DNA from: a bacterium
GTDB lineage: Bacteria; Zhuqueibacterota; Zhuqueibacteria; Oceanimicrobiales; Oceanimicrobiaceae
DNA: 14,407 bases
Assembly: GCA_046757025.1 (NCBI GenBank)
Contig: JBHHXN010000136.1
Span: 1 to 14,407, forward strand
Direction of reading: 5' to 3'
The notes under the pieces were generated by a model. The model had not been told where the DNA came from. It searched no databases and saw only the letters and a program-made list of their open reading frames with translations. A program made the translations under genes and the position numbers. This document shows positions 6,755-14,407 of the stretch, in pieces; within the stretch, counting starts at the first letter, position 1, and the number at the start of each line of letters is the position of its first letter.

Positions 6755-7149
6755 AAAACCTAGAATAAATCAAATAAATTTTAGAATAGAATTCGGTGAG
6801 CGGGCGAGATGAATGACTTCAGAAGAAAAACGAAACGATGGTTGCGATTGAATTTTTTCTAAAAACGAAAGTCGGAAACTCAGTGATCAAGATCTACTGA
6901 ATGCAAAAACGAGTCCGAAATAGTTTGTTCAAATTAATTTCAGTTGTGTGTGTCTGTTTATTAGACACTTTTGCGGCCTAAAAGTCTCCATCATTTTCAG
7001 CACTTTTTCAGTTTAAATTGAATATTCGGCATAACTCAATCAGACGAAATAAATAAATCGATTAATCAAAACCAGATTAAAAATGAATTCAAAAATTCCA
7101 CGGATTCGTTTAAAGAATAATGAACTACGTGCTTATTTAAGCTTGGGTT

Positions 7150-7803
7150 TTATTTTTCATTTACAGGGTAGCGGATGGCTTTCTTTAGCTCCGCCATAAA
7201 ATCCGCCCGGGGAATTTCTATGGCGCCAAAACTTTCTAACAGCGGTGAAATGATTTGAACGTCCATCCAGGTTACCCCTTTTTTCTTCAGATAATTTACT
7301 GTTTCAATGAGCACAAACTTGGAAGCGTGCGTTTCCTGGTAAAACATGCTTTCCCCGGCAAAATACTTTCCGATCAAAACGCCGTAGAGCCCCGCCACCA
7401 GCTCCCCATTTTCGTTGTAGGCTTCAAAACTGTGAGCGTAACCGTAGTTGTGAAACTCGATGTACGCCTGTATGATTTCGTCCGTGATCCAGGTGCCTTG
7501 CTGGCCCTTGCGACGTTTGCTCTGTGCACATGCCTTGATGACAGCGGCAAAATCTCGGTCCACCTGCCACTGGAATTTCGCCTGGCGCAAATATCTTTGC
7601 AGTCGGGACGGAATTCTAAAATCGGCAAATTTGATGATAGCTCGAAGCGGCGGCGCAAACCAGAGAATGGGCTCATTTTCATACGGCCATGGGAAAATAC
7701 CGCTGCAGTAGGCCAGCAGGAGCGTTTCCACGTCCAGATCGCCTCCCATTGCCAATAAGCCCGATTCGTCCGCCGATTCCACTGGCGGAAAATTCAAAAC
7801 CAT
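7150..7803 (-). CDS. aat: Leucyl/phenylalanyl-tRNA--protein transferase (N-degron pathway)
   Basis: Motifs GLLAMGGDL, LLLAYCSGIFPW, DFAAVIKACA, GTWIT, GYAHSFE, LVAGLYGV, FAGESMF, ASK and LESFGA. Confidence 0.95.
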   Translation of the reverse strand: MVLNFPPVESADESGLLAMGGDLDVETLLLAYCSGIFPWPYENEPILWFAPPLRAIIKFADFRIPSRLQRYLRQAKFQWQVDRDFAAVIKACAQSKRRKGQQGTWITDEIIQAYIEFHNYGYAHSFEAYNENGELVAGLYGVLIGKYFAGESMFYQETHASKFVLIETVNYLKKKGVTWMDVQIISPLLESFGAIEIPRADFMAELKKAIRYPVNEK

Positions 7804-7834
7804 ATAAAATTCAGATCAAATCAGATTGATTGTC

Positions 7835-9076
7835 TCATGCCTCGAGTGGCGTACCTTTTACCATCTTTTCATAAAAGTCGATACATTGGCGTACGTACAG
7901 GCGCTTAACAGAATATTTATCCGGGAAAAAACTGCGTTTAAATCCATAAACGATCATATTTTTTAAGTTTTTAGGTGTGATTTCAAAATTTTGCAATGCC
8001 TGCAAAATTTCATTGGTGACCGTGGTTTTGCTCACAGTACGATTGTCTGTGCAAAAACTGACGCTCAACCCCTTTTCCATCATTTTTTTAAAGGAGTGAT
8101 CCTTAATGCGCGTCAGAGACGGATTCGTCTGCAAGTTGCTGGTTAAACAAACTTCGATGGTCACCCGCCGGTCGGCAATATATTGGCACAGCTCATCCAC
8201 GTAGCGCTCCCGGTCGTTGGCGTCGCCGCTGTCAAATTTTGACGTATCGAACAGGTATAAGCCGTGCCCGATGCGGTCTGCGTGCAGTTCGGTGATCGCT
8301 TGAAAAATGGAGGGCGGTCCGTAATCTTCGCCAGCATGCACGGTTTTCGCCATGAAATTTTCGTGGGCGTATTGAAAGGCCCGCCAGTGGTCTTTGGCTG
8401 GATTGCCTTTTTCTGCACCCGCCAGATCGAATGCGACGATGGGAATGCCCATTTCATCGCGGATTTGCACGGCGCCTTTGGCCAATTCCAGGGAGCACAG
8501 GCTGACGATGGTTTTCATATCAGAATAGGATAACGAGTTGATAAAATTCGCATAATATTCTGAATACGCTCCGAATGAACGCAAGGCACATACGATGATG
8601 CCATAATTGAACTCCGGTTCCGAAGTTTTTGCAATTTCAGGGCGTTGGTTAAACTCTTTTTGTGCTTTCAGCAGACCCTTGTTAACGCTGTCCAAAACCG
8701 TTTTCATGCTCATGTCTTTGTTGATATGCAATTGCGGTGCAAACCGCACTTCCAGATACCTCACCCCTTCGTTTTGGTTGTCCAGGGCCAGCTCATAAGC
8801 GATTTGCTCGAGATATTCCGGTTTTTGCATCACCGCGCACGAGTAGGCGAAGGTCTTGAGATATTCCTCCAGATTATCGTATTTTTCTTTGAATAACAAA
8901 TCATTCAATCCCTCTACCGTGAAACTGGGAAGGTCGATATTTTCCTTTTTGGATATCTCGATAATGGTCTCCAGACGAATGGAGCCGTCTAAATGCAAGT
9001 GCAAATCGGTTTTGGGAATTTTTTTGATCAGGTCGCTTATTTCATCGTATTTATCATTTTGAACTTTTATGGGCAT
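7835..9076 (-). CDS. add: Adenosine deaminase family metallo-amidohydrolase
   Basis: Motifs PKTDLHLHLDGS, YLEVRFAP, FDLAGAE, TVHAGE, RIGHG, IEVCLTSN and CTDNR. AAGGA SD upstream. The exact substrate cannot be determined from sequence. Confidence 0.88.
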   Translation of the reverse strand: MPIKVQNDKYDEISDLIKKIPKTDLHLHLDGSIRLETIIEISKKENIDLPSFTVEGLNDLLFKEKYDNLEEYLKTFAYSCAVMQKPEYLEQIAYELALDNQNEGVRYLEVRFAPQLHINKDMSMKTVLDSVNKGLLKAQKEFNQRPEIAKTSEPEFNYGIIVCALRSFGAYSEYYANFINSLSYSDMKTIVSLCSLELAKGAVQIRDEMGIPIVAFDLAGAEKGNPAKDHWRAFQYAHENFMAKTVHAGEDYGPPSIFQAITELHADRIGHGLYLFDTSKFDSGDANDRERYVDELCQYIADRRVTIEVCLTSNLQTNPSLTRIKDHSFKKMMEKGLSVSFCTDNRTVSKTTVTNEILQALQNFEITPKNLKNMIVYGFKRSFFPDKYSVKRLYVRQCIDFYEKMVKGTPLEA

Positions 9077-9123
9077 AAAGATTCCTTCAATTAAAAATAA
9101 CCTCGCTTTTACCGCTACCTGGT

Positions 9124-9152
9124 AATGTAAAATATTTTTCTAAATGAAACAA
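9124..9152 (-). promoter_or_regulatory. Putative sigma70 promoter for add-aat
   Basis: Minus strand TTGTTT (9152-9147) - 17 nt - TACATT (9129-9124), the same -10 hexamer as at 2621-2626. Confidence 0.45.
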
Positions 9153-9393
9153 ATTGAATTTTTACTTTTTTAAAATTATTTTCTTACTGCTCCGCTGTTA
9201 GTCTTTAGCTTTTGAGCTTTATACTGATATCATCATTTATTGCAACTGTTCAATCTGTCAGCCCGCAATTGTGGGATATTTTTTGAGTCTGAGAATTATT
9301 TAACCAAACAAATGAGAGCTAAAAAACAAACAACATTCCTATAGGATGACAAAACCGGTTGAACCGTTACCATTTATTTTCTAAAGGTAATTT

Positions 9394-9540
9394 ATGGAAT
9401 TACAAATTCGAAAGATGGACGCAAAACCCTTGCCGGAAACCGTCAGAAACCTTTTGATTGCCTCGGTTGCCAATCACGCAATAGCTGTAAAATTTATTTT
9501 TATTATTGCACAAAATTCCTTATATTACATTACACGGTAA
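9394..9540 (+). other. 48-aa small ORF or 5' gene remnant (MELQIRKMDAKPLPETVRNLLIASVANHAIAVKFIFIIAQNSLYYITR)
   Basis: AAAGG upstream of the ATG at 9394; TAA at 9538-9540. The first ~30 codons are GC-richer than the surrounding spacer. Confidence 0.3.
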
Positions 9541-9710
9541 GAGTTTTAAAGATTTCAACTCACACTTTTGGGGTGGAGTGTTTCATTTCTAATAATCTCT
9601 AAAGCTCTTTCGAAAATTGCAACATAAACGCTTTATTCCAATTTTTTTAAAAAGTTACCTTTTAGAATTTTGCAAAACTACTTGTTCACCTTTACCTGCA
9701 GGAAGCTAAT

Positions 9711-9889
9711 GAGCCTGTGTGAAAAGTCAACTTCCGGGCTCTTGTCATTCCCCGCCTTGCGGGACAAGCAGGAGGATTCTTTTTAGTTTTTAAGTAACGT
9801 GCTGTTTATTAAAAATATCCCGCGGTTGCGAGATGACAATAATGGCGCATTGGGTTTTTAGCCACGATATCACTTTTTCACACAGTCTG
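9711..9889. mobile_element. ~179-bp MITE-like element with GAGCCTGTGTGAAAA-type TIRs
   Basis: CTGTGTGAAAA (9715-9725) and TTTTCACACAG (9875-9885) are a perfect inverted pair, extending imperfectly to GAGC/TCTG. Internal stems are TTGTCAT (9742-9748)/ATGACAA (9833-9839) and CCCGC/GCGGG. Flanks TAAT and TAAA give only an imperfect duplication. Confidence 0.65.
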
Positions 9890-9961
9890 TAAAGTCTGAA
9901 CACCTCTCCATCGTTGGATTTTGCAGAAGATAGATTTACCCGTTTGAAAGGAGCTGCCTAA

Positions 9962-12400
9962 TTGATCGTATCCAAACAAAAAACAGCCCAAGCAATTAAG
10001 CTGGATTTACAATATATTACCCTGACCAGAGACGCCATCCTGGCCGATTACCATCTGGCGTTTCAAAGCCGGCAGGCCAGTTTGCTGGGTCGCCGGGAGG
10101 TCATGAGCGGCAAAGCCAAATTTGGCATTTTCGGCGACGGCAAAGAATTGGCGCAAATTGCCATGGCAAAAGCTTTTCGAAAAGGCGATTTTCGTTCCGG
10201 TTATTACCGCGATCAAACCTTTATGTTTGCGGTGGGCATGTCGAATATTCGGGAATTTTTCGCGCAGCTCTATGCACATGCAGACCTTGCCGCGGATCCG
10301 GCCAGCGCCGGCCGCGCCATGAATTGTCACTTCGGTACCCGCAGCTTAGATGAAGAGGGAAACTGGCAAAATCTCACCGAGATGTTCAACTCCGCGGCAG
10401 ATGTTTCGCCCACTGGCTCACAAATGCCGCGTTTGGTGGGACTGGCTTACGCCTCGCGGCTGTACCGGGAAATCGACGCGTTAAAGGCATTTACACAATT
10501 TTCAAAAAACGGTCAGGAAGTGGCCTTCGGCACCATCGGCAATGCTTCCTGCGCCGAAGGTATGTTCTGGGAATCGGTCAACGCCATCGGCGTGCTCAAA
10601 GCGCCGGCCGTGATCTCCATCTGGGATGACGGCTACGGCATCTCGGTTTCCAACGAACACCAGGTAACCAAGCAAAATATCTCCGAGCTACTGACAGGTT
10701 TTCAGCGCAATTCGACCTCCAATGAAGGTTTTGATCTTTATACCGTCAACGGCTGGGACTATCCCGCTCTCGTAGAAACCTATTTGAAAGCCGTGGAACG
10801 GACGCGCATGGAACACGTTCCGTGCATCATCCACGTCATGGAAGTGACCCAGCCGCAGGGGCATTCCACCTCAGGCAGTCACGAACGCTACAAGCCCAAA
10901 GAAAGACTACGGTGGGAGCTCGAATTTGACTGCATCAAAAAAATGCGCGAATGGATGATCGCAGAAGGCATAGCCAATGGCGAAGAATTGAATGAGCTGG
11001 AAAAACAGGACGCCGCGCTGGTGAAGAAAATCCGAGACCAGGCCTGGGAGGCGTTTCAGGCGCCTATTCACAAAGAAAAAGCGACGCTGCTTGCCTTGAT
11101 CGAAGAGCTCACGGATGGCTCGTCCAATTCAAAATCCTTGCTGAGTGTAAAAAATAAACTCAAAAGCAAGTCCAGTCTTTTCCGTAAAGACATCATGATG
11201 AGTTTGCGGGAAACGCTGTTTTCGGTGAAAAATGACGCCACCGCAGCCAAACAAAAATTGTTAGACTGGAAAGCGCAACAGGAAGCCGTAAATCGCCAAC
11301 GATTCGGTTCCCATCTGTACAGTGAATCTGCGGAATCGCCCCTAAAGGTGCCGGAAGTGAAGCCTGTCTATTCCGAGCGCTCTCCAATCATGAACGGTTT
11401 CGAGCTCCTGAACGTGTTCTTCGATAAAGCCCTGACGCGCGATCCCCGGGTTATCGCTTTTGGTGAAGATGTGGGTCAGTTGGGCGGCGTTAATCAGGGG
11501 TTTCGGGATTTGCAAAACCGCTACGGCTCCCTGCGCGTGTCGGATACCGGCATTCGAGAATGCACCATTCTGGGGCAGGCCATTGGCATGGCCATGCGCG
11601 GCCTGAAACCCATCGCAGAAATTCAATATCTGGATTATCTTTTGTACGCGCTGCAGATCATGTCCGACGATCTGGCCACCCTGCACTGGCGCACCCGTGG
11701 CGGGCAAAAAGCACCGGTGATCGTGCGTACCCGCGGGCACCGGCTCGAGGGCATCTGGCACTCCGGCTCGCCCATGGCCAGCATCATACACCTGCTCAGA
11801 GGCCTGTATTTGTTGGTTCCCAGAAATATGACGCAAGCTGCCGGCTTCTACAACACTTTGCTGCAATCCGACAATCCCGGCATCATCATCGAAGTGCTGA
11901 ACGGGTATCGTCTGAAAGAAAGGCTGCCCGATAACATCGGTGAATTCACGGTGCCGCTGGGCGTTCCAGAAATATTGAGAAGCGGCCGCGATGTGACCAT
12001 CGTGACTTACGGTGCCTGCTGCCGCATCGTTCTGGAAGCGTCCGAGCTTCTCAGCCAGTGCCAAATCGATGCCGAAGTGGTGGATGTGCAATCCCTGCTG
12101 CCGTTTGACCTCCCCCAAACGCTGCTGGCGTCGCTGCAGAAAACCAACCGCATAGTGTTTGTGGACGAGGATATGCCCGGCGGCGCCACCGCCTACATGA
12201 TGCAGGAGGTGCTGGAAAAACAGGGCGGCTATAAGTGGCTGGATTCGGAACCCCGCACCGTTTCCGGCAAACCCCACCGACCGGCCTACGGCTCCGACGG
12301 CGATTACTTTTCCAAGCCAAATGTAGAAGAAATTTTCGAAGCCGTTTATGACTTGATGCACGAGAGCGATCCGGATAAATATCCCATCTTTTATCGATAA
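9962..12400 (+). CDS. Fused 2-oxoacid (probably branched-chain) dehydrogenase E1 alpha/beta subunit, TPP-dependent
   Basis: Alpha half: GDGKELAQ, SGYYRDQ, GRAMNCHF, SPTGSQMP, GTIGNAS..EG, QGHSTS. Beta half: FGEDVG..GG, DTGIRECTILG.AIG.A..G.KPIAEIQY.DY, GRDVTIVTYG, EVVDVQSLLPFD, KTNRIVFVDED. TTG start with AAAGGAG 8 nt upstream. Confidence 0.92.
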   Translation: MIVSKQKTAQAIKLDLQYITLTRDAILADYHLAFQSRQASLLGRREVMSGKAKFGIFGDGKELAQIAMAKAFRKGDFRSGYYRDQTFMFAVGMSNIREFFAQLYAHADLAADPASAGRAMNCHFGTRSLDEEGNWQNLTEMFNSAADVSPTGSQMPRLVGLAYASRLYREIDALKAFTQFSKNGQEVAFGTIGNASCAEGMFWESVNAIGVLKAPAVISIWDDGYGISVSNEHQVTKQNISELLTGFQRNSTSNEGFDLYTVNGWDYPALVETYLKAVERTRMEHVPCIIHVMEVTQPQGHSTSGSHERYKPKERLRWELEFDCIKKMREWMIAEGIANGEELNELEKQDAALVKKIRDQAWEAFQAPIHKEKATLLALIEELTDGSSNSKSLLSVKNKLKSKSSLFRKDIMMSLRETLFSVKNDATAAKQKLLDWKAQQEAVNRQRFGSHLYSESAESPLKVPEVKPVYSERSPIMNGFELLNVFFDKALTRDPRVIAFGEDVGQLGGVNQGFRDLQNRYGSLRVSDTGIRECTILGQAIGMAMRGLKPIAEIQYLDYLLYALQIMSDDLATLHWRTRGGQKAPVIVRTRGHRLEGIWHSGSPMASIIHLLRGLYLLVPRNMTQAAGFYNTLLQSDNPGIIIEVLNGYRLKERLPDNIGEFTVPLGVPEILRSGRDVTIVTYGACCRIVLEASELLSQCQIDAEVVDVQSLLPFDLPQTLLASLQKTNRIVFVDEDMPGGATAYMMQEVLEKQGGYKWLDSEPRTVSGKPHRPAYGSDGDYFSKPNVEEIFEAVYDLMHESDPDKYPIFYR

Positions 12401-12551
12401 CATCAGGAAATTCCCCAATTTGAATGATCTACCTGACATAATAAATTAATAATTTGGGAGTGATGCATTGAAAAAAGCTTGTAACTTACTTATAAAAAAT
12501 CCGGCCTTTGACATTTATTTCTGTAAATGATATTTATTCAGGAGAATGCGA

Positions 12552-14043
12552 ATGAAAAAGAGTCCAAGAAGACGGTTTTTCGAGAGAATGTTCCTGGTAT
12601 TTGTTGTGGCCTTTATTGTTATGTCTCTATGGTCGCATTCTCGATACGCGCCTCCAGAGGGCGTCGTACCGGAAGCGTTTGAGAAGACTTATGTGCCAAC
12701 CGCTTTGATTGCTGATCTGGACTATATGTTCGCAACCTTTGAAGCGGTGCATCCAGATCTCTATTTTTATACCCCGGCGGAAACGTTGCTGGCGTTGAAG
12801 AACCGACTGGCTACGATACTTGACCAGCCCATGACTCGGAAGGAATTCTATCCCGTGGTGGCCCGGCTGGCGGCCGCTGTCGGCGATGGGCATACAGTGG
12901 CCATTGCGCCGAGGGAGGAAATTGGACATGATTCCGACCAAGGCGGATTATGGTTCCCGTTCGAACCTGGCAACTTCAGCGAACGCGGTTTGCAGGTGGA
13001 AACCATTTATCTGGAGAATTGTCCGATTCGGCCCGGGGACTGGATTACTGCTGTCAACGGCATCCGGTGGATTCCCTGTTTCAGGTATTTCGGTTGACCA
13101 AGAGCGGAGAAAAGAGGTTCTACCGTGAGGATCGGACATTGCGAAATTTCGACCTCGACCTCACGCCTTTCCGGGTGAAATGACGCTCGCATGAAACCGC
13201 CACCTTGAACGACGTCACCACCGAACAGATCCGCAGCTTCCGGCAGCAAAAGAAAACCACAATTCCGGACTACGCTTTCCAGCGCCTTTCCGACAGCGTC
13301 GGCCATCTCGATTTCCGACGGATGCATGATCTGGAAAAGTTCGAAACCTTTCTCCAGGAGACGTTCGACGAAAAACAGCGCCGGCCGATTCAGGGCCTGA
13401 TCATCGATCTGCACAAAAGCGGCGGCGGTGCCACTTCGTTGGGGCACACCCTCCTGTCCTACATAACGGATAAACCGTATCGTATGATTGCCCGCATGGA
13501 AGTGAAAGTCAGCAAGCAAAAAGAAAGAGACCTTAGGAAATGATACCCACTTGGTTTCGCTGGATTCCGCTGCCGTATCTGCATCCCATGGGACGGAAAA
13601 TCTGGGGAACGCCGGAAGGGGACAACGTGGTGTGGTAAATTGAGCTCGAGCGACCGCCGGAAAATCCTTTACGATATCGCGGCCCAGTGTGCATCCTCAT
13701 CGGTACCCGTACATTTTCCAGCGCGCAAAAACTGACCAATGCCATCAAAGATTACCGGCTCGCCACGCTCATCGGTGGGGAAACCGGCGGCAACCCCTAT
13801 GCGTTTGGTGAAATGTATCTGTTTCGACTGCCCAATACACGGCTCGAACTGGGAATCTCGACCAAACGCGATGTGCGGGCCAACGGCGACGCCCACTGGC
13901 AGCGCGGCATTTTACCAGACATTGAAGTGAAGCCGACACTGGCGGATTTGCAGACGGGCGGAGACATGGTGTTGGAATTCGCCAGAGAATGGATTCGGCA
14001 GCGGGCGGCATCCAAAACCAGCCTCGCGTCCCTTGAGCCCTGA
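12552..14043 (+). pseudogene. Disrupted exported S41-family (tail-specific/CtpA-like) peptidase with a PDZ-like segment
   Basis: GGAG SD then ATG at 12552 and a signal/TM segment. Motifs HPDLY, GDGHT, IRPGDWITAVNG, LIIDLHKSGGG, TFSSA, IGGETGG and RGILPDIEV are spread over four pieces. Lesions: frameshift near 13064, in-frame TGA at 13181-13183, frameshift near 13540, in-frame TAA at 13636-13638. Confidence 0.85.
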
Positions 14044-14241
14044 AGGGTAATTTTATCAAGACCCGGCAAGCTACAGCGCAGTCGAACGATTCTTCCTGTA
14101 ACGGTCTGGAGGACTACTTAGCTGATGAGTTCACTTCTGTCATTTTATGACAAGATATTTTAGCAAATTAGGAACAAAGAATTAGGCGCTTAGCGCCAGA
14201 CATCGACAAAATTTTGTCGCAAATATTCAAAATAATTTTGC

Positions 14242-14321
14242 CACGGATGAACCCAGATTGACACGGATACAATTTTCGGATTATTTATTGTGCAGAATAA
14301 TTTTACAGCAGAATGATTTTA
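14242..14321. repeat. Two short degenerate tandem repeats
   Basis: Three 10-mers CACGGATGAA / CCCAGATTGA / CACGGATACA (14242-14271). GCAGAATAATTTTA (14292-14305) and GCAGAATGATTTTA (14308-14321) match at 13/14 with period 16. Confidence 0.55.
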
Positions 14322-14351
14322 ACACCATGGCAAATAATTGCAAAACATAAA

Positions 14352-14407
14352 GGACTCTGTTGATTAAGTCCATTTTTCCATCAAACTTCATGCTGAGCGG
14401 AGTCGAA
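14352..14407. repeat. Start of another REP/MITE-like element, truncated by the window edge
   Basis: TCATGCTGAGCGGAGTCGAA (14388-14407) matches the TCATTCTGAGCG core of the 2406-2588 element at 11/12. GGACTCTGTTGATTAAG (14352-14368) may be its left end. Confidence 0.4.

Noticed and set aside
6728..6757. DnaA boxes / replication origin (TAATCCACA, TGTGGAAAA)
   Set aside because: There are only two box-like sequences, both explained by one palindrome, with no box cluster or origin-associated genes.
9400..9472. c-di-GMP-I riboswitch
   Set aside because: GAAA, GACGCAAAAC and GGTTGCC are present, but the GGCAAACC 5' strand of P2 and the tetraloop receptor are missing. It is not called without a covariance-model search.
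11342..12439. 365-aa minus-strand ORF and the many other 60-190 aa ORFs overlapping trkH, the kinase, aat, add, E1 and the S41 gene
   Set aside because: They are antisense or alternate-frame shadows of well-supported genes and have no recognisable motifs.
12508..12536. TTGACA-17-TATTTA promoter for the S41 gene
   Set aside because: The -10 lacks the conserved final T, and the implied start site would fall within the SD sequence, so it is left uncalled.
13181..13183. Selenocysteine or programmed readthrough at the in-frame TGA of the S41 gene
   Set aside because: The gene also has a TAA stop and two frameshifts, and the position is not a catalytic Cys site.
14242..14321. CRISPR array
   Set aside because: The repeats are 10-14 bp with no unique 30-40 bp spacers, and there are no cas genes.

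Overview
This is a 14.4-kb bacterial chromosomal window with GC-moderate genes and AT-rich spacers. It is probably from an FCB-group organism that uses Shine-Dalgarno (SD) sites; this taxonomy is inference only. The minus strand carries three units: an adenosine-deaminase-family gene with aat; a three-gene signalling module; and an output-less four-helix-bundle/HAMP protein translationally coupled to trkH. The signalling module comprises a 151-aa N-terminally anchored protein ending in CPPYC, a 7-TM membrane protein, and a 1-TM PAS-PAS-HisKA-HATPase-REC hybrid kinase that overlaps the 7-TM gene by 52 bp. The plus strand carries a fused 2-oxoacid dehydrogenase E1 alpha/beta gene and an S41 peptidase pseudogene with four lesions. 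The spacers hold several MITE/REP-like elements, one with 22-bp terminal inverted repeats (TIRs) and a perfect 9-bp target duplication. The best candidate for an undescribed system is the CPPYC-protein / 7-TM receptor / hybrid kinase module. It is preceded by a 20-aa Trp-Trp leader ORF that overlaps a hairpin, and by a 24-bp palindrome. No database searches were run; family calls come from motif recognition.
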